The notes: generated from the sequence alone by a model not told the origin. Shown: positions 26,386 to 34,919, counted from the first letter of the stretch. The stretch: DNA of 41,164 bases from Candidatus Omnitrophota bacterium (GCA_043797665.1 JAZDPL010000007.1:1-41164), one strand, 5' to 3'. Program-made: numbers and translations.

Positions 26386-26898
26386 CTAATCCCCTTCCTT
26401 CCCCCTTTGCAAAAGGGGGATTGAGGGGGATTTTATAATGGGAAAGAAGTTCCAGATACGTACCTGGTAATTGTTCAAGCGGTAATTTACGACCACCCTT
26501 TCTTTTTCTATGTGCACAATTCTGACCGAGGTGTTTGGAATCATATCGCCTTCCAGTAAAAAGTGGTTGTTAATAATAACCCCACGCTGGTTTTGCATAA
26601 CCAGAATTGCCTGAAGGGTGATTTCCGAACCGGAAAACTCCGGGATTTTTACTTCGGTCAGTTCTTCCGGAATTAAAGGAATAAAAGGGTCCCGGCGGTC
26701 AGAACTTTGAATCCTATCACCTCCGTGTGAGGAAGGGGGCAGGAGAAACAATATACCAAGCACGAGGGTAAACGTAAGGCACAAAGTTAACGATAGCAAA
26801 GCACGTGAATTACCCTGCTCCCAGGGCGTGTTTCTGTAGGGGTTCGATTCATCGAACCCGCGGGCGCCATGAATGGCGCCCCTACTTTTTCTCTTCAT
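26386..26898 (-). CDS. PilP-like accessory protein with repeat-derived termini
   Basis: Lies between pilO and pilQ; RRDPFIPL motif and LQAIL..IINN..L.EGD beta domain; N- and C-termini overlap repeats. Confidence 0.7.
   Translation of the reverse strand: MKRKSRGAIHGARGFDESNPYRNTPWEQGNSRALLSLTLCLTFTLVLGILFLLPPSSHGGDRIQSSDRRDPFIPLIPEELTEVKIPEFSGSEITLQAILVMQNQRGVIINNHFLLEGDMIPNTSVRIVHIEKERVVVNYRLNNYQVRIWNFFPIIKSPSIPLLQRGKEGD
26388..26434. repeat. CCCCCTTTGCAAAAGGGGG-type element forming the C-terminus of the PilP-like gene
   Basis: Near-identical to 12469-12516; read as KSPSIPLLQRGKEGD*. Confidence 0.85.
26836..26885. repeat. GTAG-type REP doublet at the pilO/pilP junction
   Basis: GTAGGGGTTCGATTCATCGAACCCGCGGGCGCCATGAATGGCGCCCCTAC; on the minus strand its GTAG supplies the pilO TAG stop. 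Confidence 0.9.
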
Positions 26899-27898
26899 CC
26901 TTTTTCACAATTATCTTGTCACCGGGCCGAATGGTGCGGCTTTTTTTGGGCATATTGTTCAAATTTCTGAGTTCCCAGACGTTCATTCCATACCGGTGAG
27001 CGATTTTAATCAGCGAATCTCCCGGACAGACCGTATAGTACGTTGTCCCCCCCACCACACCTCCCTCACCTGGGGGGAGGGAAGGGTGAGGGATTTTAGT
27101 TTCTTTGCGTTGGACCGCAGGCGCCGCTTTTTTGGGTTCGGACTTTGCCGCCGGAGCCGGTGCTTGTCCCTGTACGCTGGAGGCAGGGGATACCGGCCGG
27201 GAGTAGAAATCTATGGTTAATTCTGTCTTGGGGTTGTAAGGCTGGGGATTAACCTTGTCTTCTTTTGTGTCTATTTTGAAGGAACGGACAGTGACGAAAC
27301 GGTCTAATTTTGCCAATTGCGTCAGGACCTCGCTGAACTGGGTATAACTGGCTGTAAAGGTGAATACAAATGTACGGATGTCAAACGTAGCGGAGGGGGC
27401 CTGCCCCTGCGTGCTTGAAGGGGCCTGCCCCTGCGTGCTTGAAGGGGCCTGCCCCTGCGTGCTTGAAGGGGCCTGCCCCTGCGTGCTTGAAGGGGCCTGC
27501 CCCTGCGTGCTTGAAGGGGCCTGCCCCTGCGTGCTTGAAGCAGGGGTTGCCGTCTGAAGTTGTGAAAGAGGGGTCAATTTGGTATAAAGTATATTGGACC
27601 GGTTGGCAATTTTTGCCATCCGCCTTAAGATATCGGTTTCTTCTAAAGGAGAAAAGTATACCCGATAAAAAGCATCTTTCTTCTGGATTTCCCGGAAGAC
27701 GGCAAATATCTCTTTCTTGCCCCCCACGATGGCCCGGCTTTCCTGGAGGTCTTTGTTCTTGACGGATATCTCTTTCTTTATCCGGTTCAGGGAAAGATAA
27801 GCCGGCCGGAAAAGGAGGAAAAAAACTGCCACAATTAACAAGGGCGGACCAAAGACCGGTACGTACCTTTTAACAACCATTAACTGAATGGTTTTCAT
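26882..27898 (-). CDS. pilO: PilO-like protein with SSTQGQAP tandem repeats and a C-terminal LysM domain
   Basis: N-terminal TM plus coiled coil; ASYTQFSEVLTQLAKLDRFVTV PilO core; LysM YTVCPGDSLIKIAHRYGM....LRNLNN....IRPGDKIIV. Confidence 0.8.
   Translation of the reverse strand: MKTIQLMVVKRYVPVFGPPLLIVAVFFLLFRPAYLSLNRIKKEISVKNKDLQESRAIVGGKKEIFAVFREIQKKDAFYRVYFSPLEETDILRRMAKIANRSNILYTKLTPLSQLQTATPASSTQGQAPSSTQGQAPSSTQGQAPSSTQGQAPSSTQGQAPSSTQGQAPSATFDIRTFVFTFTASYTQFSEVLTQLAKLDRFVTVRSFKIDTKEDKVNPQPYNPKTELTIDFYSRPVSPASSVQGQAPAPAAKSEPKKAAPAVQRKETKIPHPSLPPGEGGVVGGTTYYTVCPGDSLIKIAHRYGMNVWELRNLNNMPKKSRTIRPGDKIIVKKDEEKK
27060..27092. repeat. CCCTCACCC..CTCCC..GGGAG-type palindromic element in-frame in pilO
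   Basis: Minus strand CCCTCACCCTTCCCTCCCCCCAGGTGAGGGAGG encodes PHPSLPPGEGG just before LysM. Confidence 0.65.
27396..27546. repeat. Six perfect 24-bp tandem repeats within pilO
   Basis: (GGGGCCTGCCCCTGCGTGCTTGAA)x6 at 27396-27539, then GCAGGGG. Confidence 0.95.
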
Positions 27899-28563
27899 TT
27901 TTGGAGAGGTAGTTCCAATTGAAACTCAATCATTTCAAAGTCCGGGGCCTTTTTCCCGGTACAGGAGACAATCTTTATCGCCTGGAACTGTTTGGTAAAC
28001 AGGCTGTTGCGATTTAAGTTATCCACAAAACTGGCTAACGCATTCAGCGAATCCCCCCGGCTTTCCGAGAACGCGGAACCGTTGATAAGGAATTTGGAGG
28101 CAATTTCGGTTGCCGGCTGTTTTGGTTCGACTTTTTTACCCGGAGTGGACGGAACCTGGGAGGGCGCCTTTTTCACCACTTTCTGTTCCAGGACCAGCTT
28201 GGTTAACCAGATTGTCCGGGGCAGGTCGTGTTTTATCTGATTAAGGATTTCCGGCCAGGGAACCCGGTTCTTTTCCAGGTCTTCCATCGGCGCGATATCC
28301 TTCTTTATCCTGGCGATCTCTTCCTGAGTCTTTTTTATCTCCTGGAGTTCCGGGCAGATAGCCTGGATGGTCTGGTTCAGTCGTTCCAGTACCGCGGCCT
28401 CCTTTCGGTACTCTACCCTGAACTTTACGAAAAAGAAAAGCAGGACAGCGATGATGAGCGTTTCCAGGACAGGCAGTAACAAGTTGGTTTTCACCGTTAT
28501 TCTGGTTCGGGTCTTTCTCTTCCTGGGCCGCAGGTCCGGCGGCAGCAAATTAATCCTAATCAT
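27895..28563 (-). CDS. pilN: PilN
   Basis: N-terminal INLLP motif, TM helix, coiled coil, LP..IWLT.L. Confidence 0.9.
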   Translation of the reverse strand: MIRINLLPPDLRPRKRKTRTRITVKTNLLLPVLETLIIAVLLFFFVKFRVEYRKEAAVLERLNQTIQAICPELQEIKKTQEEIARIKKDIAPMEDLEKNRVPWPEILNQIKHDLPRTIWLTKLVLEQKVVKKAPSQVPSTPGKKVEPKQPATEIASKFLINGSAFSESRGDSLNALASFVDNLNRNSLFTKQFQAIKIVSCTGKKAPDFEMIEFQLELPLQK

Positions 28564-29554
28564 CGGAGTGGAAGGCTAATCCCATCGCCAGGACAAAGGC
28601 GGGTTCATTATTGGCGACGAGAGAAGATAATTCCGGTTTAAGTTCCGATTCCGGAAAGGGATTGTAAGTAATAATCTCTGTTTCTAAGTTATCCGAGAGA
28701 AGTCTGGAAATATTCGGCAGCGCCTTTAGGTGTCCGGCGAGGTAGATTTTGTTCGGGTTCGTGCCTAATTGATTTTTGGCATATTCAAAAGAGAGTTTGA
28801 TTTCCTCGGAGAGGTTATCTATGTTTCCCCTGAGCCAATTTAAGAAAGAGGGCTCTTTTGATTGTCCCCCCTCTTTCAGGAGGCGCAGATTTTCGGATGG
28901 TTTTAGACGGTTATTTTTGCCTAACGTCTCCATCAGGGTCGTGACACCAAACTTTATATCCCGGCTTAATAACGGCTCCTGCTGGGAAATGATGTTCAGC
29001 ACGGTGGTATCAAACCCGATGTTAAGAAATGCCGACGCCTCTCTTTCCTTGGTTTTAGACCACTGCCGTTGGCTGAGCCAGGTGTTAATGAGGGCAACAC
29101 TATCCGCCTCCACCGCGCCTACTTTTAGACCCGCGGCGGAGGCTAAATTAATCTTTTCGGTAATCAGGGCTTTCTGGGCTGCAACCAGGACAATCTTTAC
29201 CTGATTTCTCTTTTCACCCGGTCCTAAGACCTGATAGTCAAAATAAACCTGGTCACCCCGGAAAGGGATACGCTGTTCCAGTGTCTGTTTTATCAGGTCG
29301 TTCATGTTATCCCGGGGTGAGACCGGAATCGTCAGGTAACGGATTACCACTCCTTCACCACCTACCGAGAGGCAGACCGTGCGTTCTTTCTGGAGAGGCG
29401 GAATAAGGGTCAATTCTTTTAACCCGTCGGCCAGACGGGCTGCCGGGTCCTTTTCAAAATCTAATTCCTGGACCGCGATACTCTCCACCCTTTTTTTATC
29501 CGGTGCGAACGCGATTGCCTGAAGAATTCCGCTTTCAATATTCAATCCCACCAT
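28556..29554 (-). CDS. pilM: PilM (actin-like fold)
   Basis: IPF....VYFDYQVL, LVAA.K, VEADSVAL.N, LNIG..TT, C-terminal LAMGLA; first gene of pilMNOPQ. Confidence 0.88.
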   Translation of the reverse strand: MVGLNIESGILQAIAFAPDKKRVESIAVQELDFEKDPAARLADGLKELTLIPPLQKERTVCLSVGGEGVVIRYLTIPVSPRDNMNDLIKQTLEQRIPFRGDQVYFDYQVLGPGEKRNQVKIVLVAAQKALITEKINLASAAGLKVGAVEADSVALINTWLSQRQWSKTKEREASAFLNIGFDTTVLNIISQQEPLLSRDIKFGVTTLMETLGKNNRLKPSENLRLLKEGGQSKEPSFLNWLRGNIDNLSEEIKLSFEYAKNQLGTNPNKIYLAGHLKALPNISRLLSDNLETEIITYNPFPESELKPELSSLVANNEPAFVLAMGLAFHSDD

Positions 29555-29574
29555 ATTATTTCCACAGAATTTTT

Positions 29575-29606
29575 TGTCATTCCCGCATGTAGTAAGCGGG
29601 AATCCA
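29575..29606. repeat. Single TGTCATTCCCGC..GCGGGAATCCA unit in the pilM 5' UTR
   Basis: TGTCATTCCCGC-ATGTAGTAA-GCGGGAATCCA; similar to 16690-16722. Confidence 0.85.
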
Positions 29607-29626
29607 ATGTCCTTTGGTTAAATTGA

Positions 29627-29655
29627 ATAATAGCATACGTTTGGGACTAAGTCAA
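29627..29655 (-). promoter_or_regulatory. Putative sigma70 promoter of pilMNOPQ
   Basis: TTGACT, 17-nt spacer, TATTAT with an extended TG on the minus strand. Confidence 0.6.
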
Positions 29656-29684
29656 TAGTCAGTGCATTGTATGACGCGTGGTTT

Positions 29685-30875
29685 TTAGTCGGTGGCGATA
29701 TTTTCTACAATAGTGGTTATTCCCTGGCCGCCGCCTATGCATAGAGTAGCTAAGCCGAATCTCTTTTTTTGCCTCTTCATCTCATAAAGCAGCGTAACCA
29801 ATATCCTGGCTCCGCTTGCTCCGATGGGATGGCCTAAGGATATGGCTCCTCCGTTCACGTTTACCTTCTGTTCGTCTAATCCCAACTCTTTGATAACGAT
29901 TAAAGACTGTGCCGCAAAAGCTTCGTTCAGTTCAATCAAATCTATTTCATTCAGGGAGAGATGTGCTCTCTTCAGTGCTTTTCTGGTTGATTCCACCGGG
30001 GCTATCCCCATGAATTTCGGGTCAACCCCTGAGGATGCGTATGAGACTATTTTGGCTAAGGGTTTGAGTTTCAGTTCTTTTGCCTTATCAGATGAGGCCA
30101 TGACCAAGGCGGCGGCTCCATCATTTATTCCTGAGGCATTGCCTGCAGTTACAGTTCCTCCCTCTTTGAATGCCGGCCTTAACCCGGACAATTTCTCCAG
30201 GGTGGTATCCGGTCTGGGAAACTCATCTCTATCAAAGATTGGCTCTTCCCCCTTTTTATGAGGGACCGGAACCGGTACTATTTCTTCCCTGAATTTACCT
30301 TCTTCCTGCGCTTTCTTTGTCTTCATCTGGCTCGCTAAGGCAAACCTATCCTGTTCCTGGCGGGTTATTTCATATTTTTCTGCCAGACTCTCTGCGGTAA
30401 TGGCCATATGGTAATCGTTAAATATATCCCATAGTCCATCATGGATAAGACTATCCAGCAATTCGCCATTTCCCAGCCGGTAACCCCAGCGGGCATTTTT
30501 AAGCAAGAACGGCGCCTGGCCCATATTTTCCATGCCTCCGGCTACTACTATTTCTGCTTCTCCTGATTGGATAGACTGGGCAGCCAGATTCACTGCCTTC
30601 AGTCCCGAGCCGCATACCTTGTTTATGGTCAGGGAAGGGACATGATAAGGTATGCCGGCTTTTACGGCTGATTGTCTTGCTGGATTCTGACCCAAGCCTG
30701 CTCCCAGGACGTTTCCCATTATTACTTCCTCTACTTCTTCCGGCTTAAGGCCTGCCTTGCCTATTGATTCCGCGATTACGATTGAACCTAATTCTGCGGC
30801 GCTTATATCTTTCAGTCTTCCGCCAAATTTACCTATGGCTGTCCTTATCGCTCCGACTATTACTGTTTCTCTCAT
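29685..30875 (-). CDS. Acetyl-CoA C-acetyltransferase (thiolase, AtoB/PhaA-like)
   Basis: [22 protein letters not shown] and CIGGGQG catalytic motifs. Confidence 0.95.
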   Translation of the reverse strand: MRETVIVGAIRTAIGKFGGRLKDISAAELGSIVIAESIGKAGLKPEEVEEVIMGNVLGAGLGQNPARQSAVKAGIPYHVPSLTINKVCGSGLKAVNLAAQSIQSGEAEIVVAGGMENMGQAPFLLKNARWGYRLGNGELLDSLIHDGLWDIFNDYHMAITAESLAEKYEITRQEQDRFALASQMKTKKAQEEGKFREEIVPVPVPHKKGEEPIFDRDEFPRPDTTLEKLSGLRPAFKEGGTVTAGNASGINDGAAALVMASSDKAKELKLKPLAKIVSYASSGVDPKFMGIAPVESTRKALKRAHLSLNEIDLIELNEAFAAQSLIVIKELGLDEQKVNVNGGAISLGHPIGASGARILVTLLYEMKRQKKRFGLATLCIGGGQGITTIVENIATD

Positions 30876-32431
30876 AATTCCTTCTTAAGACGCATAATAG
30901 AATCAACGAAGATTCTTCCGTCCATTTCCTTAATCTGCGGGTCTATTACCGGCTCAAATTCCATCAAAGGAAGTATCTGGGTTTTTACATCAATGCCCGG
31001 AGCTATCTCGGTAAGGGTCACCCGGCCGTCTTTCAGGCTGAATACTGCCCGCTCGGTTACATACAAAACCGCCTGTTTCCTTTCCGTTGAGTATTTTCCG
31101 CTGAAGGTTATTTGTTCTACGTCCCGGATAAACTTCTTATATTTTCCCTCCTTCTTGATAATAAGTTTTCCTCCTTCAAGGGAGACCTCCAGATCACCGG
31201 CGGTGAAAGTGCCGCAGAAAATCACCTTTTTTGCACTCTGGCTGATATTGATAAATCCCCCACAGCCGGGTAGACGCCGGCCAAATTTGCTTACATTGAC
31301 ATTACCTTTTTCATCCGCCTGGGCTAAACCCAAACAGGCGATATCCAGTCCGCCTCCGTCATAGAAATCAAATTGATAAGGCTGGTCAACTATTGCTTCC
31401 GGATTTGCGCTGGCGCCAAAACTCATCCCGCCGGCCGGGATTCCTCCGATCGGTCCTGCCTCTACGGTCTGGATCATATATTCGTTCAGGCCTTCTTCGT
31501 TAACCACCGAAGCCACTGCCTCAGGCATGCCTATTCCTAAATTGACTATAGCGTAAGGATGGATTTCCAGAGAGGCTCTGCGGCCGATTATCTTCCTTTC
31601 ATTTAAGGGGAGTGGTTGTATGTGTGCCAATGGTATTATCACTTCTCCGCTGTAGGCGGGGTTGTAATCCTCAGCAAATGTCTGCTGATGATTTTCTCGT
31701 TTTGCCATAACGACAAAATCAACCAAGAGTCCTGGCACAACTACTCGCCTTGCATTTAAAGTCCCTTTTTGGGACACCCTTTCTACCTGGGCGATAACGA
31801 TACCTCCCGAATTCTTCGCCGCCTGAGCGATGGAGAGCATTTCCAAAGTGCCGGCTTCTTTTTCCATGGTGATATTGCCTGTTTCATCCGCCGTGGTGCC
31901 CCTTATGAGTCCGACGTTAACAGGGAATGCTTTGTAGAAGAGCCACTCCTTACCATCCAGGGTGATTACCTCGACCAGGTCTTCTTTGGTTCTGCTGTTC
32001 ACCTTGCCGCCTTCTACTCGGGGGTCCACGAATGTCTTCAAACCAACATAGGTTATTGTTCCCGGTTTACCGGCGGCTATGTCTCGATATAAGTGGGAGA
32101 TTACCCCCTGGGGAAAATTGTATGCCTCTATTTTGTTCTCGATGGCCAGATTTCCTAACTTTGGAGCCAGGTTCCAGTGGCCACCAATTACCCTTTTTAC
32201 CAGTTCTTCGTGACCGAGGTGGTTCAAACCCCTGTCCTTGCCGTCACCCTGTCCGGCTGCATATATCAGGGTTAGATTTCGGGGTTTACCTGTATTTAAG
32301 AACCTTTTCTCCAAAGCAGCGGTCAGTTCCTCAGGGTGGCCGTTACCGACAAAACCACCGGTAGCGATTGTATCACCATCCTTTATCTTTCCTACGGCTT
32401 CTTCTACTGAAACTACTTTCGTCTTTCTCAC
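30872..32431 (-). CDS. Acyl-CoA:acetate/3-ketoacid CoA transferase (Pct/YdiF family); start approximate
   Basis: Fused alpha/beta family I CoA transferase; VNLGIGMPE, catalytic [33 protein letters not shown]. Confidence 0.92.
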   Translation of the reverse strand: MRKTKVVSVEEAVGKIKDGDTIATGGFVGNGHPEELTAALEKRFLNTGKPRNLTLIYAAGQGDGKDRGLNHLGHEELVKRVIGGHWNLAPKLGNLAIENKIEAYNFPQGVISHLYRDIAAGKPGTITYVGLKTFVDPRVEGGKVNSRTKEDLVEVITLDGKEWLFYKAFPVNVGLIRGTTADETGNITMEKEAGTLEMLSIAQAAKNSGGIVIAQVERVSQKGTLNARRVVVPGLLVDFVVMAKRENHQQTFAEDYNPAYSGEVIIPLAHIQPLPLNERKIIGRRASLEIHPYAIVNLGIGMPEAVASVVNEEGLNEYMIQTVEAGPIGGIPAGGMSFGASANPEAIVDQPYQFDFYDGGGLDIACLGLAQADEKGNVNVSKFGRRLPGCGGFINISQSAKKVIFCGTFTAGDLEVSLEGGKLIIKKEGKYKKFIRDVEQITFSGKYSTERKQAVLYVTERAVFSLKDGRVTLTEIAPGIDVKTQILPLMEFEPVIDPQIKEMDGRIFVDSIMRLKKEL

Positions 32432-33183
32432 ATGAACCACCCTCCGTTAATATGGATTATCTGCCCGGTAATGTAACCGGCTTTATCTGATACCAGAAAA
32501 GCAATCAGTTCTGCTATCTCCTCAGGCTGGGCGAACCTTCCCATGGGAATTTGTTTTAGGAATTCCTGACGGACGTTCTCCGGTATCTGCCTGGCCATTT
32601 CCGTTTCAACTATTCCCGGGGCTATGGCGTTTACAGTTATATTTTTGGAGGCAGATTCCCGGGCAAGGGATTTGGTAAATCCCATAATCCCGGCTTTTGC
32701 CGCGGCGTAGTTTGTTTGGCCAAAAAATCCCACCTGTCCGCTGATAGACGATATATTTACTATCCGGCCCCAGAGGTTTTCTATCATGTGTTCTATGACG
32801 GTCCGGCAGCAATTAAATACCCCGGTAAGATTCACTTCTATTACCGATTGCCACTCGTCCGGAGACATCTTTTTCAGTGTCTTGTCCCTGAGTATCGCCG
32901 CATTGTTTACCAGGATGTCAATATTTTTGTATTTGCTTATTATTTTTTTTACCATATCATCTACTTTTTGAAAATCACGCACGTCACTCTCAAAAATATC
33001 TGCATTGACGCCAAGATGAATAATCTCTTCCCTCGTCTTTTCTGCGTCACGGCGATTTCCGCCCTCGGTGTCAGCCACATAGTTCAGGGCAATATTTCTT
33101 CCTTCCCTGGCTAAAACAAGGGCTATCGCTTTTCCAATTCCTCTTGAACCGCCCGTGATCAATGCCGTTTTCCCTTTTATCAT
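32428..33183 (-). CDS. FabG/PhaB-like 3-oxoacyl (acetoacetyl-CoA) reductase, SDR
   Basis: [28 protein letters not shown] before ATG 33183. Confidence 0.92.
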   Translation of the reverse strand: MIKGKTALITGGSRGIGKAIALVLAREGRNIALNYVADTEGGNRRDAEKTREEIIHLGVNADIFESDVRDFQKVDDMVKKIISKYKNIDILVNNAAILRDKTLKKMSPDEWQSVIEVNLTGVFNCCRTVIEHMIENLWGRIVNISSISGQVGFFGQTNYAAAKAGIMGFTKSLARESASKNITVNAIAPGIVETEMARQIPENVRQEFLKQIPMGRFAQPEEIAELIAFLVSDKAGYITGQIIHINGGWFM

Positions 33184-33208
33184 TTGCGTCTCCTTTCCCC
33201 CTGCCTTG

Positions 33209-33242
33209 AGAGCCACCTCGCGGATTTGAACCGCGGACCTGA
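33209..33242 (-). repeat. Distal att-like copy of the tRNA-Thr 3' end (34 bp)
   Basis: AGAGCCACCTCGCGGATTTGAACCGCGGACCTGA is identical to 35842-35875. Confidence 0.9.
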
Positions 33243-33280
33243 ATCTTGTTTTTGTAATTATTTTGGATGTCGGATTTTTA

Positions 33281-33529
33281 TTAAAATAAGCCTAATCGTT
33301 GTAAATCTTCTTCTGTCCACCGGGCCTGTTCCTGAATCATACTTTTTAGAGTTTTTGGTGGGAAGGTGTCACTAAAGTGATGGAAAGTTACGGTGATTCG
33401 TCTTCCGTCGGGGTGCTGATAACGTTGGTGGCTTCCTTTTTGGCGTCTCAAATAGAAGCCATCTTTGAGTAACGCATTTATTATCTGACGGACAGTAAGA
33501 CTTCTTGAACGGTCCCAGGCGATAACCAT
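33281..33529 (-). CDS. hicA: HicA-family toxin
   Basis: L.KDGF...RQKGSH....HPDGR..TV..H....P.TLKSM..Q. Confidence 0.9.
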   Translation of the reverse strand: MVIAWDRSRSLTVRQIINALLKDGFYLRRQKGSHQRYQHPDGRRITVTFHHFSDTFPPKTLKSMIQEQARWTEEDLQRLGLF

Positions 33530-33530
33530 T

Positions 33531-33776
33531 TTACACCGCAACTGCTACTCTGGGTTCGGAAAATATCACCACTTCCTCCTGGGACCAGGTTGGCAGGTTC
33601 TTTTGGTCTTCAATGATTTCTTCTACCACCATCTGGACTACTTCTTGGATATTCTGGAGTGCTTCTTCCTGACTATTGCCCCAAGTAACTGCGCCGTAGT
33701 CTTTTAATACTGGACAATAAGCGTGCCACCTTTCTCCATCTGGTTCTACAACTACTCTAAATGAATAAGTCTTCAT
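33531..33776 (-). CDS. hicB: Short HicB-family antitoxin (no DNA-binding tail)
   Basis: W.AYCP.L...GAVTWG....EAL.NIQE; immediately upstream of hicA. Confidence 0.9.
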   Translation of the reverse strand: MKTYSFRVVVEPDGERWHAYCPVLKDYGAVTWGNSQEEALQNIQEVVQMVVEEIIEDQKNLPTWSQEEVVIFSEPRVAVAV

Positions 33777-33851
33777 AGTATCCCTCCCCTACCAATTCCT
33801 AAGGAATTATACTCAAGATGTTACCCTGTTGTAAAGTATTTTTTGTTTTTT

Positions 33852-33898
33852 GAGCCACCTCGCGGATTTGGACCGCGGACCTGAGCATTACGAATGCC
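33852..33898 (-). repeat. Proximal att-like copy of the tRNA-Thr 3' half (47 bp, 1 mismatch)
   Basis: Matches 35843-35889 except one base in the T-loop. Confidence 0.9.
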
Positions 33899-34043
33899 GG
33901 ACAGGTCAAGTATGGGAACTCAATAAATACGCCGTAATTCAAGACCTGGTAAGACTCTCAAGAAATAATTTCATTTCACAGGACTTCACCAAATTTCATC
34001 AGATTTGACTATAAAGTAGTCACAATTTGGTCACAATGTAAAA

Positions 34044-34919
34044 CTACCCCTCATCTTGGGATTGCGTTGGCCACTGATTATGTTTCAGATCGTTCTTTCC
34101 CCCATTTTTTACAGAGTACATTAATCCGTCTGTCTGTTTAATTAAAGTTTCAATAGACCCAGGAATTGTTCTATATGTTATTGCACCCATACTTATGGTT
34201 ACTGGCCAATTATTACTATTCATTTCTTTAATAATATTATCTTTAAGTCTTAAAAGGACATGGTTTGCGTTTCCATAATCTAACTCGGTAAGAAGTATTG
34301 CAAATTCATCTCCACCAACTCTTGCCATTATGTCATTAGGCCGTATCCCGGATTGAATAATGTCTGTAATCGTTCGCAATAGGTAGTCTCCAATATCGTG
34401 TCCCATGGTATCATTAATCCCTTTGAAATTATCAAGGTCGATATAGACTACTGTTAACGGCTTCTTTTCTCTCCGCGCTTTTCGAATCTCTTTTGCGGAG
34501 AATTCTTCAAAATATATCCAATTTGGTGCTCCAGTTAAAGAATCTCTTAGGGAACGATCTTTAGATTTAATGAGTTCGGAAAGCAGTTTAGAAAGAAGAA
34601 AAGATTGTAAGGAAAAATAGCCCAATCGCACAAAAGTGTTCCAATAAGGAATTAGAAAATTTGAATAGTGTGCACCTGATGTTAAATCAGCGATCAACCA
34701 TGTCGCTGCGCTTAGAACCGAAATAATCATACCGGAAGAAAAACCTGACAGTATAGTAACGAATGAAATTGGGATAAGATAAAAAACAGAAAAAGACAAT
34801 TCATACCCGGTAATATAATCCGTAAACCCCAGAAGTATAACGGCAATAAAACCTGCCAGAAGTATAATAGGCTTAGGTATAATATTTTTATACTCGAGAA
34901 AATCCTGCATATTTATCAC
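34044..34919 (-). CDS. Membrane-bound diguanylate cyclase (GGDEF)
   Basis: N-terminal TM helices; DSLTG, IDLDNFKGIND..GH..GD, RPND I-site, GGDEF; GTG start after GGAGGTG; AT-rich. Confidence 0.92.
   Translation of the reverse strand: MINMQDFLEYKNIIPKPIILLAGFIAVILLGFTDYITGYELSFSVFYLIPISFVTILSGFSSGMIISVLSAATWLIADLTSGAHYSNFLIPYWNTFVRLGYFSLQSFLLSKLLSELIKSKDRSLRDSLTGAPNWIYFEEFSAKEIRKARREKKPLTVVYIDLDNFKGINDTMGHDIGDYLLRTITDIIQSGIRPNDIMARVGGDEFAILLTELDYGNANHVLLRLKDNIIKEMNSNNWPVTISMGAITYRTIPGSIETLIKQTDGLMYSVKNGGKNDLKHNQWPTQSQDEG

Noticed and set aside
27396..27539. Possible CRISPR array
   Set aside because: Units are head-to-tail with no spacers, lie in-frame in pilO, and no cas genes are present.
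29685..33183. Complete PHA biosynthesis locus
   Set aside because: No PHA synthase or phasin in the window.
33184..33216. N-terminal extension MALKAGGKETQ of the reductase
   Set aside because: It starts inside the tRNA-derived repeat; a good RBS precedes ATG 33183.
33852..33898. Second tRNA gene or tRNA pseudogene
   Set aside because: Only the 3' half is present with no D arm or 5' acceptor strand; best explained as an att duplication. The same holds for 33209-33242.
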